64,000 nucleotides of DNA from positions 380,976-444,975 of the forward strand of contig JAAOMT010000752.1 in assembly GCA_016748015.1 (NCBI GenBank). Reading direction: 5' to 3'. Below are positions 13,951-26,170 of the stretch, piece after piece (the first letter of the stretch is position 1; the number at the start of each line of letters is the position of its first letter). Origin of the DNA: Geosiphon pyriformis uo1 (taxonomy: Eukaryota; Fungi; Glomeromycota). Made by a program: the position numbers and the translations under genes. Below the pieces are notes generated by a model. It was not told the origin of the DNA and did not search any database. It was given only the letters and a program-made list of their open reading frames with translations.

Positions 13951-14479
13951 ATTATTAAAACTCTCATAATACTCATAAACAACAAGCCAAATATAATAGT
14001 TTTGTTATTGTCTTCTAATGGTGATAGTAACTTATAAAAAAGAGTAATTGAATGTTGTAATATTTCAGAATTTTGTTTAGTGTTCTACAATTGTTTCCAG
14101 AAACTTCTCTAATTTTTTTTACTATTATAAAAAGAATAATTTCTATTGACAAAAAATTGAAAAATCTCTCTGACTGTAATAGATCTGTATATATGTTGTA
14201 CAGGATAGTTTTTTTTTGTTTTCTTGTACTACTCTGAGTAAGTTTGTTGAATTTTTTTAATTTCGATAATAAATTTTGTTGTAATGTACAAAATATTGTT
14301 TTGATTGGTATTGTAATTACTATTTGTCAATTAGAGACCAGTTTTCTGGTATAATAAAAGTTTTTAAGTAGTTTTTAATGTGTTTGTAATTTCAAGAATC
14401 TATTGTTTATTAATTGTTTTGTTGTTATTAAGTTGTTGGGTTGTTGGTATAAGTTCTAATCTTGTTTCATTCTAGAAAG

Positions 14480-15750
14480 ATTATCAATATTTGTGTATAA
14501 TTTTCTTGGTTTGTAATATACAATATATTTGTAATTGGCTAATAAATTAGTCTATCAAAATTACTTTGCATTAAGTTCTGAACTTTTTTTATTGAGTCAT
14601 TTAAGTCCAATATTGTCAGTAATAATATTAAATTAAGATCTATTATGAAAATATTGTTAAAAGTATTTAAGAGTCTAAATAACAGCTACTGTTTTTAATT
14701 TAGTTAAGCTATATTTGAGTTCTGTTGGCTTAAGTGTTCTACTGGCATAAACAATTACTTGCTTATTGTTATTGTTATCTAATTGTAATAGAATGGCATC
14801 AAAAACTGTGTGTGAAGTATTAGTAGTTAACTGAAACCTTTTACTAAAATTTGGATAAACAAAAATTAGAATTGCAGTGAGTTTTTTCTTAAAAGTATCA
14901 AATATTTGTTGTTAAGTTTGTGTCTATTAATGTTTTAGATTCTTGTTGGTCAGATAATTGAGTGATTTGGTAATTTTAGAAAATTTTTTTATGAATTTTT
15001 GATAATAAAAGACTAATTTTACAAATTATCTTAGTTCTGTAATCTTATGAAAAATTTAGAAGTTTTTAATAGCATTAATTGTTTCTAAATTGGGTTAAAT
15101 TCTTTGTTTGTTAACAATATGTTCCAGAAAGATTAAACTTGTTTTTTTAAAGTAATATTTCTCAATATTTAGTTTCAATTCTGCTTTTTGTAATTGTTAA
15201 AATATTTTTTACAAGTAGATTAGATGAACTTCAAAACTTGAAAAGTATATATTAATGTTATCAAAATAAACAATTATTAATTGTTATAAAAGTTTTTTGT
15301 AAACAATATCTATGAGTCTTTGAAATATTGCTGATATATTGCACAATTCAAACAGCATTATATTAAACTTATAATTTCTTTCTTGTATGATAAATGCTGT
15401 TTTGAAACAGTTTTTAAGATCTATTTTAACTTGTCAGTATTTACTTTCTAAGTCTAAAATTAAAAAAACTTGGCTTTTTTAAGAGCATTTAGCATATTGT
15501 CAATTCTTGAAAAAAAATAAACATTTTTAATTGTCATGCTGTTGAGTTAATAATAATTTATACAAAATTTAATCTTATCATTTTTTTTTGACAAAAACTA
15601 TTGATAAGACCCAAAGACTTTTTAATAGTTAGATAAAACTATTATTAAACATCTATTGTACTTTTTTTTTAATAAATTGGTCTCTGGTTAGTAAAACTGA
15701 ATAGATTTGTTAGCATTTTGGTGGAGTATTTTTTGTATGAATTTAATGTT
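14480..15750 (-). pseudogene. Gypsy B reverse transcriptase and RNase H
   Basis: YKFNIMLFELCNISAIFQRLID (=MPFGLCNAPATFQR, ~15370-15310), VYFDNINIY (=YLDD, ~15270), LTTNTSHTVFDAILL (=TDAS, ~14830). Confidence 0.9.
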
Positions 15751-16289
15751 ACACAATATTAATTTTTCTGAGATCATTGTTGTCTTTAGCAAATATATTA
15801 ATATATCTAACAATTAATTGTTCTAATTGTCTTTGTTATTGAGCTTTTAAGAGATTTATGTTGATTTAAAAAAGTTTTTTTTTAATAATGTGGTAGTTTT
15901 TGGTACTAAAAATGATGTTTGAATTTGGGAATAATGTATCTCTTATGATTTCAATAAAATTAGAAACAATTTAAGAAGTTTTATTTTAAAAAATATTGCT
16001 ATATATGATTTCACTTTCTAATTTATTTAATACAATAATAAAAATTGTAGAAAGTAACTCAGAATTTCTTTATTTTTTTGGAATATAAATGTTTGAAATT
16101 GAAATTTTATGCTTTAAATAGATTTGTTTATTTGATTTAAAGATTTGTTAAGTGGTAATGAGTTTTGAACAAGTGTAAATTTTATAATGTTTTTTAAAGA
16201 GTAATATGATAATTAATTGGATAAGTTAAAGAATCTGATAAGATTTATTCTGTGTATTGAAAGCTATATTTATTGAATCTGTAAATTAT

Positions 16290-17420
16290 TTTTTTAAACC
16301 AAAACTTTGAATTTTTTTATTACTTTTGCCTAATTGTTTTTTTTGATTAATTAATTGTAAATCGAAAATATTAATTAAGAGTAGATATATTGCTTATACA
16401 ATTTTTTTAGCATATTTAATTTTGAATAGTTTTTTAGTTTTATTTTGTAATATAATTATAATATTTTTTGTATATTCTGTATTAATAATTTCTCCTTAAA
16501 TATTAATTCTTTTGTTTGTTAATAATAATTGAAAAGCAATTTAAATTATCATTTTTGGTGAAATTTAAAGAGCAATTTTTAGATTAATTTTTGTTAGAAA
16601 CTTGAATTGAAGGACTAAAGTGTTTTTACCAAGATATTATAAATCATATCCTGTTGTTATAGATGATTATTTGAAGTGTTGGTACAAATAACAAACTTAT
16701 AACTTAGTATTTAATAGCTTATTGATATTAGTAATAATTAAAGATTTTGGTAGAGTTTTTTGTATAATGAACAGAGATTTAGTGGTTGTTTTAATATCCT
16801 CTCAGAAGTGTATTCTGTAAATTTCTTTCTTAGCTTAATAGTCAGTTTTTTTGGTAAGCTATTTTTAAATTTTAAGTTTTTATTCTTATTCCTAGGTCTT
16901 TTACCAGTCTTTTTTGACATTAATAACTTCATGCATTAATCTTTTAATTAGTTAGTCAACAAGAAAAAAATAAAATAAAAATAAAAATAAAAAATAAAAA
17001 ATTAATATTTTGTTAATAGCCATAATTAAAAGCTATTGTTCTAATGTAGTTAAGTATCAGATTTTTTATTAATATAAAGTATTAATAGTGGCTAAAGTAA
17101 TTAATATTCTTAATTAAGTAATAATAACATAAATTTGATAATAATAAATAATTTTATTAATATAGAAATGATTTTACTTCAAATTATAACAAACAATCTT
17201 TTGAAGAAAAGGTATTATTCTAAATTAATTGAATTCTCTAAGAATTACTTTTTCTGCTTTTAATACTCTTGCTATATATATATAATTTATGTTATATAAT
17301 TTTACTATATATATATAATTTATGTTATATAAAATTCTTTGGATTCCTTTAATTTCTAAATTTTTATGAATAATACTGCATTAATTTTATGAGCTTTTTT
17401 GGACTTGATTTTTTAACCAT
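16290..17420 (-). pseudogene. dUTPase domain in Gypsy B pol, split by a solo LTR
   Basis: KAHKINAG|YDL (motif 1), INLKIAL, RINI*GEIINTEYTKNI (motif 3, GxIDxGYxG), KKIV*AI (motif 4), KSNKKIQSFG (motif 5, RGxxGFG). Confidence 0.85.
16655..17375 (-). repeat. Solo LTR, family A
   Basis: tgttatagatgattatttg...tatgaataata; TSD ctgt (16651-16654)/ctgc (17376-17379); collinear with 5918-6841 with deletions. Confidence 0.88.
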
Positions 17421-18399
17421 TATTGTCAAAGTATTTAAGTTGTAGAGCTAATTAATTCTTAAACAAGTAAATTAGTGTGATTGGCAGTTTTTTTTTTGCT
17501 TTAAATTCTTCAAATTCAATTTCTCCTGGTTATTTTTGCTGGACAAAAGAATACTAAAAGCATAGCATTCTAAATACTATTGATTATTACAAGACATAAT
17601 GTATTTTTTATATAATTGATATTTATTTGCTCTAATTATTGAACTTAAGCTTTTTTGGTCAAATATATGTGGCTTGTAATTTGGTAATATGTTTATACTT
17701 TATTTTTATAGTTAAATTTAGCTAATTTTATAGTGTATTTAATGTACTTTGCTTCTTTTATTTGATGAACATCTTTTTAGATGGCTCTATTGATTAAGAT
17801 TATTGTAAAATTATAGATTATTTTGATATTATATGAATAATAATAAAGTTTATTAAAAATGTTGCTATATGCTACATTAAAAAAAATTCTTTTATAAACT
17901 TTTTTTGATATTTAAAAAGCATATTAGCAGATTTGATTATATACTTTTCTCTTATTACAACATTAATTCAATTGCATTTTTCTGGTAATAATTTTTTACA
18001 AGTAAGACAAAGAATCTTGTCCTATTTTTTACTTCATTTGAGATATTTAAATTATTTTTAATAGTAAGTTTTGCAGTAATAGCAAATATATATCTTATAT
18101 TTTTCTTCTAAAAATATGCAAGCCCCTATTAATAAAAACTTTTTATTGTAGTAATTATATTTGAGTAAAATATATTATAGTTGTTTTTATGATTTTGGTT
18201 TAGAATAGTGGGTAATATTTTATCTTTTAGTCTTTTTAAGAATTTTTTGTTCAGTTTTTTCAGTTTAATTGAATGTTGATCTAAGAATTATATAGGTTTT
18301 AGTGATTAGCATTTTTTTTTTCTTTAAATTTGAATACAGAGGCTTTTTCTGATTGTTTGTTAAAAGTACTACAAGTAGCAAGTACTTTAATGTATTGTT

Positions 18400-20750
18400 T
18401 TTAGTATAAAATTTTAAGTTTTTGAGTTTTTCAATCTAAATTCATATTGGCTTTAAGAAGTCAATTGTTTTTAACAAGAGTTTAGTACTGTAGTGCATTC
18501 ATAATAAAAACTTTAATTGGAATAATAATTCTATTAATGGTAAATAAAAATTTGTTAATTTCTTTTATTGAGATCTTTTTTATGTTATTAGCTATAACAA
18601 TAACTGTTTAAACAGATCTATTGACATTTTATTGTAGTTGTTGTATCAACTAAAATATAATAATACTTTTAATAAATTTACTATTTAAAATTAATTGAAT
18701 TGGTTTTTTTTCAACTTTGGCTTCAGTATATATAGCTGTGATTGCTTTTTGTTTAATAATAGCTGTATTGCTAAGTAAAAATAATAATTTGTTGGCTTTA
18801 AATTCGAATGGAAAGATATTAAACAGGTTAGTATTTTGGACAATTTTGGCTAATAGAATAATATTACTAAAAGAGTTTTGTTTTGTTGCTATAACTTTAT
18901 TTTTAAAAAGTACAGTTTGTTGAAAATCCAATTTTTGTGGCATTATAAGATAGCTGAGTTGTGTATAATAATGTGTTGGTCTTTGTTAAACTGAGTTTTA
19001 GAGAACCAATTAATTATTAGGATTGAATCTGTTGTTGTTTGTTGTAAATTAGTTTTGAAATACTAATTGGTTTTATTAAACTAATTTTTGAGCAGATACT
19101 TAATATTTTTGTGTATGTAATGATTAATATTGTTGTTGTATTGATTGTAAAGCAGACTAATAATAGTTGGTTTGATATTGGAGTCTGAATAGATAATATA
19201 ATGATAGTAAAAATTAGTAATAAAATAGTTATGATTGGAAATAATGTTAATTATTTCTTAATTGTTAGTCTTTTTGTATTTTTTGGCAATTTTATTTCCA
19301 GTGTTCTAGAATTCTACAATAGTAACAGCTTTGAGATTAGTTGTTTAATAATGATAGGTAGTTATTTTAATTGCATTTTTGGAATAGTTAATATCTTTGT
19401 TGTTGCTGTTATTATTGGTTAATAAAATAATTTTCTATATTTTTGATAAGTTGATTGATTTTTTTTCCAGCTGTTAAACTGGTTTTGCCAATTGCAAAAT
19501 TGACAAGTTTGGTGTAATTTGCTTTTTCTATTGCCATTTTGTAGTTTTTTACATATTGAATGACTGTAGTTAAGTTTGTTAAAACATAAAAATAAACTTT
19601 TTTTATTAATTTATCTTTTAATCCGACTATAAATTGGTTCAAATTTGAGCATCAGAGTAATACTTGTTCATTTCTAATTGTCAAATTTGTTGGAAAAGTT
19701 AGTTAAACTTCTTAAGATAGGTCATGATAGATTTAAAAAGTTTTTGTTTGATGTTTTAAAATCGGTTTTAGAGAGTAATAGATATATTATTGTTGGAAAA
19801 TTGTTTTAGGAAAGCATCTTTAAATACTTATTAGGTTTCAAAGAATGCATCTAAGTTTTTAAATCATTTGTCTGCAATTTCTTGAAAAAAATAAGAAATA
19901 GTTTTTAACATTCTTGTTATGTTCTATCTATTCATATCTTCAGCTTTTTGGACTTTGTTAAGTCATTTTTATGGGATATTTTCCAGTAAATTCAGTGATT
20001 TTTGCAATATAAATGGTTGTCATTTTTTTTGTATTTTTGTTTTCAGTAATTTTTTTTTTTATAGATTTAGAAACATCTTCATCAATATTGAAGTAATTAC
20101 TCTGGTTTTTTGCTAAGAAATCAAAAAAATTGGTGCTAGTAAATATTAATTCTGGCTGTTAAGTAGGGCTTTTTGGTAAGATAAAATCTTCAGGTTTTAA
20201 AAACCAAATAAGAGATAAATTGAGTGTTTGTGGTTGAGCAAGTAAAATTAAAAATGGAGTGATAAAGAGTAATAATTTGACACTGGTTTTTGTTCAAATG
20301 TTTGCAAATGTTTGGCAGTTATTCTTGGTGTGTTGTGGGTTGTTCTTGGGTTTTTTTTTGTCTTTGTTTTTTTTTGTTGTTATTCTTAAGCTCTGATTCT
20401 ATGTCCAAAGAAAATTTGGATTGTACTGGATATTTTTCTTCACAATATTAAATGATATTAAAGTTGAGTTCTTGAAAGTAAGTGTTGAATGTTTCACTGT
20501 TAAAGTGTTCAGTTCTTAAGTAAGAATAGTGTAATAGATTTTTGTAGAGGTTGTTTCTAATTTTTGAAATATTTTAATTTCCAAAAAGATAATTATTGAT
20601 GCAGTTTTCGATGTATTGATATAATAATTTCTTAAAAACTTCAATTCCGTCTTGAATGTTGAATCTTTGCTTGCAGTAAATGTAAATCGACTGATAATAC
20701 TCTAGAGTTGTTGTGTTAGTTGTGGTTGCCACTTTGAAGTTGTTATTGCT
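18400..20750 (-). pseudogene. Gypsy B gag and aspartic protease
   Basis: ORF 19412-19642 (NQFIVGLKDKLIKKV, retrotransposon gag-like) and ORF 18650-18943 (PIQLILNSK = LILDSG catalytic motif). Confidence 0.8.
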
Positions 20751-20777
20751 GTGTTATTTCCATGAGAAATCACCAAA

Positions 20778-21761
20778 TATTACTGAAGGTTTTTGGTCTC
20801 TTTTCTTGCATTTTGTTAATATTTGTTTACTGTTAATTCACAATTATTGAAAGCTAGTAAACCTCCAATAACTGAATTTATTTTCAAATTATCTCCTATA
20901 ATTCGAACTGCTGGGCTTATAAGTAGAATGGCCAATTTTGTGCCAGTTACTTTGTGTAGTTATATTGTAGTAAATGTTAACTCTTTCTCAGGAATTGCTT
21001 GTTTGAAAGCTCACTAAAATGTGTAGTTACTTTGCTGTGAAAGTCAACTCTTCTACAGGAATCTTGTTTGTAGGCTATTTTAATAATTATAGTAAGAAAA
21101 AAAATAAAAAAATAAAAGAAATATAAAGAAATATGATTTTGTTAGGAGAATCGTTTTCTGGTCCAGGCCTGGAGTTACTAATGGTCTACTAAAATTGGTA
21201 ACTAATTAATTTCAAACCATTAGTTGGGTTTTGGGAATGTCAAATGTAATTATTTCAAGAATTGGCTTTCGAAATGTATTTTTATTTTGAATTTGTATTA
21301 ATAAAGATAAATCTAAAGTCAAATACCTATAGGAAGATATTTCTAAAGAAGATAAGATACATTTTCTTGAAAAAAGAAGCTTTTTTTATACAACTTGTTG
21401 TAGTACTAGTCTATGAACTTGAACTATTCTTTTTGCTATAATTTTGACAAACTAAAGATACATTTCGACAAACTACAAATTATTTTGACAAACTATTAAC
21501 TATTTTAGTGAATTATCTATTATTTCGGTGAATTTCTGCAAATTTCGGCGAATTCTTGAATATTATATAGTTCGGGATATTGTGTTATTTGATCATCCTA
21601 ATTTCTATTGTACAAATTGGGTTATTAATAAAATAGTGATATTTGATAATTTAATTAAGTAATAAGTGATAATTAAAACAATATTAATATATGCTAATTA
21701 ATGATAGAAATTATAAGAGTAATTTCATGCTAATTTAATGAGTAAAATTCTACTGGTAACA
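20778..21761 (-). repeat. 5' LTR of Gypsy B
   Basis: tattactga...ctggtaaca, adjacent to the PBS. Confidence 0.92.
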
Positions 21762-24470
21762 ACAGTCTAAAACTTTAAAGACTTTTAGAAACTTTTATTT
21801 TTGAACTCTAACTAAAATCTCTGAATTAAATTATTAGAAAAATATAGAATTCTATTCGAAAATTTTATTTTTGCAATTAATACTACACTTTGAAATATTA
21901 TTACTTGAGAACAATAACTATTATAATTATTAGCTAACAACCACTTTTTTAAGAAGAATATCTTTATTCCAACCTCTTATAGCAACCAACAAAAAAAATA
22001 ATTAGCATTAAGCACAATTAAACAATAAAACATATCTTTGCTTATTTTTTTTGCACCAATAAACTAACAACTTTTTATTATTCTTAATATGGCTTACAAA
22101 GACATTGTTAGATTAGAAAAATTTTTTGGTAAAAAAATACTTATATATAGATTGCAGAAGCTAAAAAAGCAATTATGGCCAATAATTGAGATGATAATAG
22201 AATTATTCAAGTCGTATTTTTCTTTTTAATAAAAACAGCCAACTCTTAATATCAAAGTTTTACAGAAAAGCCCATTAATTTTACTGCTTTTAAACTCATA
22301 TTTTTATAATACTTTTGTAATTCAAATATCTTAATTAAACTACAAAATCTGTTCAACATAATAAAACAAAAGAATTATAAAGCTGTAATTACTTATATTA
22401 GATAATTTAATCAGACTTTATAACAAATTTAAGCTATTAAACAAGATTACTATATATTTAACCAAATTTTAAACCGATTTATAAAAAGATTAAAAGACAA
22501 TATTTTTCAATTTATTAGATTTAATTATCTCAGAAGTTTATAAGATGTCATAATACTTGCTTATAATTTTGAATTTACTAAACAAGAAGCCAATTATACC
22601 TAAATTATTAACTCAACTATAAGTGAAATCTTTTTATTTAATTGAATAAGTTTTGTATTAATGTTAAAGTTATCTCAAAAAATTGAAAAATTTTTTAGAA
22701 AAAATTCAGAAATGTACTAGTTCTAATAATATTAAAAAAACAATAATAATTTAAAATACTAAAAATATTAACAGTAACAACAATTTTAAAGACAAAATCT
22801 CTATAATTGCTATTACTATCAAAAACTAAATTATATTATAAAAGATTATTACAAAAAAATAGCTGACTAAAATCATGAAAATTAATATTAATAATAATTA
22901 TAATATTTTTAATTGTTAAGATATTAACTTACTTTTTAGTATTAGCAATCTTAATATTTATTGCAGTTATTATTAAGCTATTATCAATTTTTTTAAGCCA
23001 TAGTATTTTTTTAATCTTAGTATTAAGTCTTTTAGAATACAAATTTAATATTCAGAGCTATTAATTATAGCCAATAATAGAGAAACAATTTTAAAAACCA
23101 ATTTTAAACTTCAATAACACCAATTTAAATCTCAAATTATAATAACTTATTATTATAAACATTATTAATTGAGTACTTAAACCAAGCATTATATCTTAAT
23201 TTTATTAATATTTAAGATTTTGATAATATTTTTTCTTTAGAAAAAAAAACTACAATTAAAATTACCAATTTTTTTTTAAATTAGCAACTAAATTATTTTT
23301 AATATAATTTTTCTAATTATAATTATTAAAAACAATATTTTAGCAGCTATATTTTTATTTGATATAAATAACTTGAATTTTTATAATCTTTTTAATAGAA
23401 CTGTTATTAATCTAAACAAAATTATTATAACAATATACATTAATATTTAAATAAGACAAATAAGTATTAAGCTAATACTTTATAGTAAATTAACTAATAG
23501 TATTATTACAAAATAACTTATAAACCAATTGAATCACTAAATTGACTGTATTGTTATCACCAAAATAATTATGGCTAATAGAAATACTAAGATTTTAATA
23601 AAAAAATTGATAACTTTTCTTTCAAAATAAATGGAATTAAAATTTTTATCAAAGTTCTTATAATAAAAACAATTTAATATTAAGTTTTAATTGGTAATAA
23701 TTGATTAACTAAGGCTTATATTATTCTTAATTAGAATATTTAAGAACTTCAAATTATTTTAACAGTTAGTATACTTAAATATCTGCTAATTGTAAATATT
23801 TTAAAACAGTCATTTCTAAATAGTTTCTACTTTAATTTAAAAAAACTGTAATATAACCTATTTTGAAGACCTATTAGATCTTTTGGGCCTATAATTTCGA
23901 AATAAAATTATTTTTATCACTTATATAAAAAAAAAGCCAGAAAAAAAACTACAAGTATTAATTTTTATTTATGTTTTATTGAATTAGTATAATTAATTTT
24001 ATTATCAACCAAAATTAATCTGTGTAAACTATAAAAAAAACTATTTGTAATAAGTATATGTATTGAAAATAATAAAATATGACCAATTATTACTAGATAT
24101 TATTGTTATTTTTATATATTAAAATAATTTGAACATCTAAAACAACAAAACAAATAAAATAATACATTCTGTTTTATCTGTAGAAAAATTTTATTAGATA
24201 AAAGATTATGAAATAATATTTTTATTAGAAAAAAAATATATAATAAATTCTGTTAATATACTATCTTAATTAATAATTAAATAATTAACTAACTAAAGTT
24301 ATATTTTCATAACAAAAATAAAAAAATACTATTATAGAAGAAATATATACTATTAAAAATATCTTAGTAATAGTTAAAAAAATAAATAATTTGTTTATTA
24401 ATAATTTCAAAATATTTTAAAAATGTTATTAAAAACTTGCTTTAACAAAAAAAAAACAAAAATAAAGATT

Positions 24471-25528
24471 TAGAGTTCTGATTGAACTGAATCAATTTTT
24501 CAAAGTAAGTTTAATTCAAATTTAGTATTAAACTTTTTTAACAGGTCTAAATTTGGTTTAGTTTGGTTCAAAGTTTATGAATTTGTTCAAGTTTGATAAA
24601 ATTAAAAAAAGATATAACTTGTATTACTTGTTCATTAATTATTACTTTGTTTAATTACTATAATTAATTAAAAAGATATATAAAACTATGTATGTATAAC
24701 AACTCTACTTTTCAACTTACCAAAATAAATTTATTATTAGTATTATTCAATATTACCAAAACTTTAAAATCCAAAATAACAGAATTTGATAATTCAAATA
24801 ATTCAAATATTAATATATTTGGTAAACATAGTTTTCAGAATAGTATAAAACTATTTTAATAAGATTAAGTAGATGAAAAAAAAAACAGCTAAATATACAG
24901 TCTCAAAATATGTGTCTAAACTATTTTCTTATAGAACTACAAGCACTACTAAACTCTTATGATATTATTTAAAGACTTTCTACTAAATAGTATATGTTAT
25001 AACAAAAAAATATTATAAAAAAAAGCAAAATGTTTAAAAAAATTACAAGTTAATTAAAAAAATATTTTGACAAATAAGATTGCTATTTTTTTTATGATTT
25101 TTGGCCAATCTAACTAGAAAACTGCTTTAATCTTCTGTAGTAACTACTATTAATATTGATAATAAAAAAATTTATAACATAATTACTATTTAGTTTTTTC
25201 TGCAAGTAAGAATATAATTACAGATATAAGATCTTACTTAGTGCTTAAAATTATAAAAGCAGTACAGTGTCTTTGATCATATATACAAAAACCATTAAAA
25301 AAAAATTAAATAATAATATAATATAATATAATGTTTTTAATAATCGAATCTGAATATGTTCATAACTTCAAACTGAACTTAAACCAGACTTTTTACATGT
25401 ATTAGAGTTTAGTTTAAGTTTAGTAATTTTAAGTTTGATTTAAGTTTGAGTTTGAAATTTTTGCCAAATCTTCTGTTTAAGTTCAGTTTAATTCAGTGAT
25501 TTAATTGAATTCGAAAATTAAAACCCTA
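24471..25528 (+). mobile_element. Internally deleted hAT transposon inside Gypsy C pol
   Basis: TIRs tagagttctgatt / reverse-complement tagggttttaatt. 8-bp TSD taaagatt/taaaaatt. BED-finger remnant IV*NYF..AKY..TTKLL*YYLK (~24840-24975) and dimerisation remnant FSASKNIITDIRS (~25195). Subterminal aagtt(t/c)(a/g) repeats. Confidence 0.85.
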
Positions 25529-25789
25529 TAAAAATTAACCAATTTTAATACCAAATTATATAATTATTGTTTTATTTCTTGTTGCTTTTAATACTATGAT
25601 AAATGTAATTTCTTTTTTTAATATATTATTTTACATTCTGTATCCAATTTCTGAACTCAAAAAGTCTAAGAAGAATATAAATCAATTGCCAAAAACATTC
25701 CATCTTAAAAGTCAAGCATGGCTATTAAAATAGAATAGTATCTAGTATATTCAAATTTTTCCAAAAAATTAGAATTAAAATAGTAAAAT

Positions 25790-26170
25790 AGCAACAAAAA
25801 CATATGTCTTAAAAGAATATATGTAAATAATACTAAATTTGATTTGAAATATTTTAAACAATTTTTTATAGTTATAATATTTTATTTTTTTATTAGAATA
25901 GATTTTAAATTAGCATTAAAAATTTTTATTAGTATAATAAACAAGAAAATTAATATTAAAAAAAAAATAATCAATACTAGATATACTAAAAATATTATTA
26001 TAATATTTTAAATAATTTTAATAAGCCTTATATAATTAAATAACAAAAAATAATTGCCTAAACTATTTTTTTATTTTTTATAAAAATTTCTTAACTTATT
26101 CCAATAACCATACAAGGAAAATTAAATTTTATTGCTAAAAAAATCCAAAAATTTGGATTTAGTGGACAGA
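25790..26170 (+). pseudogene. dUTPase domain in Gypsy C pol
   Basis: NTKFDLKY, IDFKLALKI, KIINTRYTKNII, IA*TIF, KKIQKFGFS in dUTPase motif order, directly before RT. Confidence 0.75.

Larger units (their letters stand above)
9780..14176 (+). mobile_element. TIR DNA transposon, DDE type (Academ/DUF6589-like by motif spacing), with two convergent dead ORFs
   Basis: TIRs cagtcaaagaaatttt (9780) and reverse-complement cagtcagagagatttt (14176), both flanked by taata. Removing it rejoins the Gypsy B integrase in frame. Confidence 0.85.
3572..21761 (-). mobile_element. Full-length degenerate Ty3/Gypsy element B with three nested insertions
   Basis: Paired LTRs 3572-4546 and 20778-21761. 4-bp TSD atag (3568-3571)/acag (21762-21765). 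PBS tttggtgatttc below 20777, purine tract at 4547-4562. Domain order gag, PR, dUTPase, RT, RNaseH, IN. Confidence 0.92.

Noticed and set aside
16738-21017. Short ORFs 16738-16932, 18717-18923, 19201-19422, 19919-20116, 20823-21017
   Set aside because: They lie in LTRs or antisense to gag-pol and show no independent coding signal.
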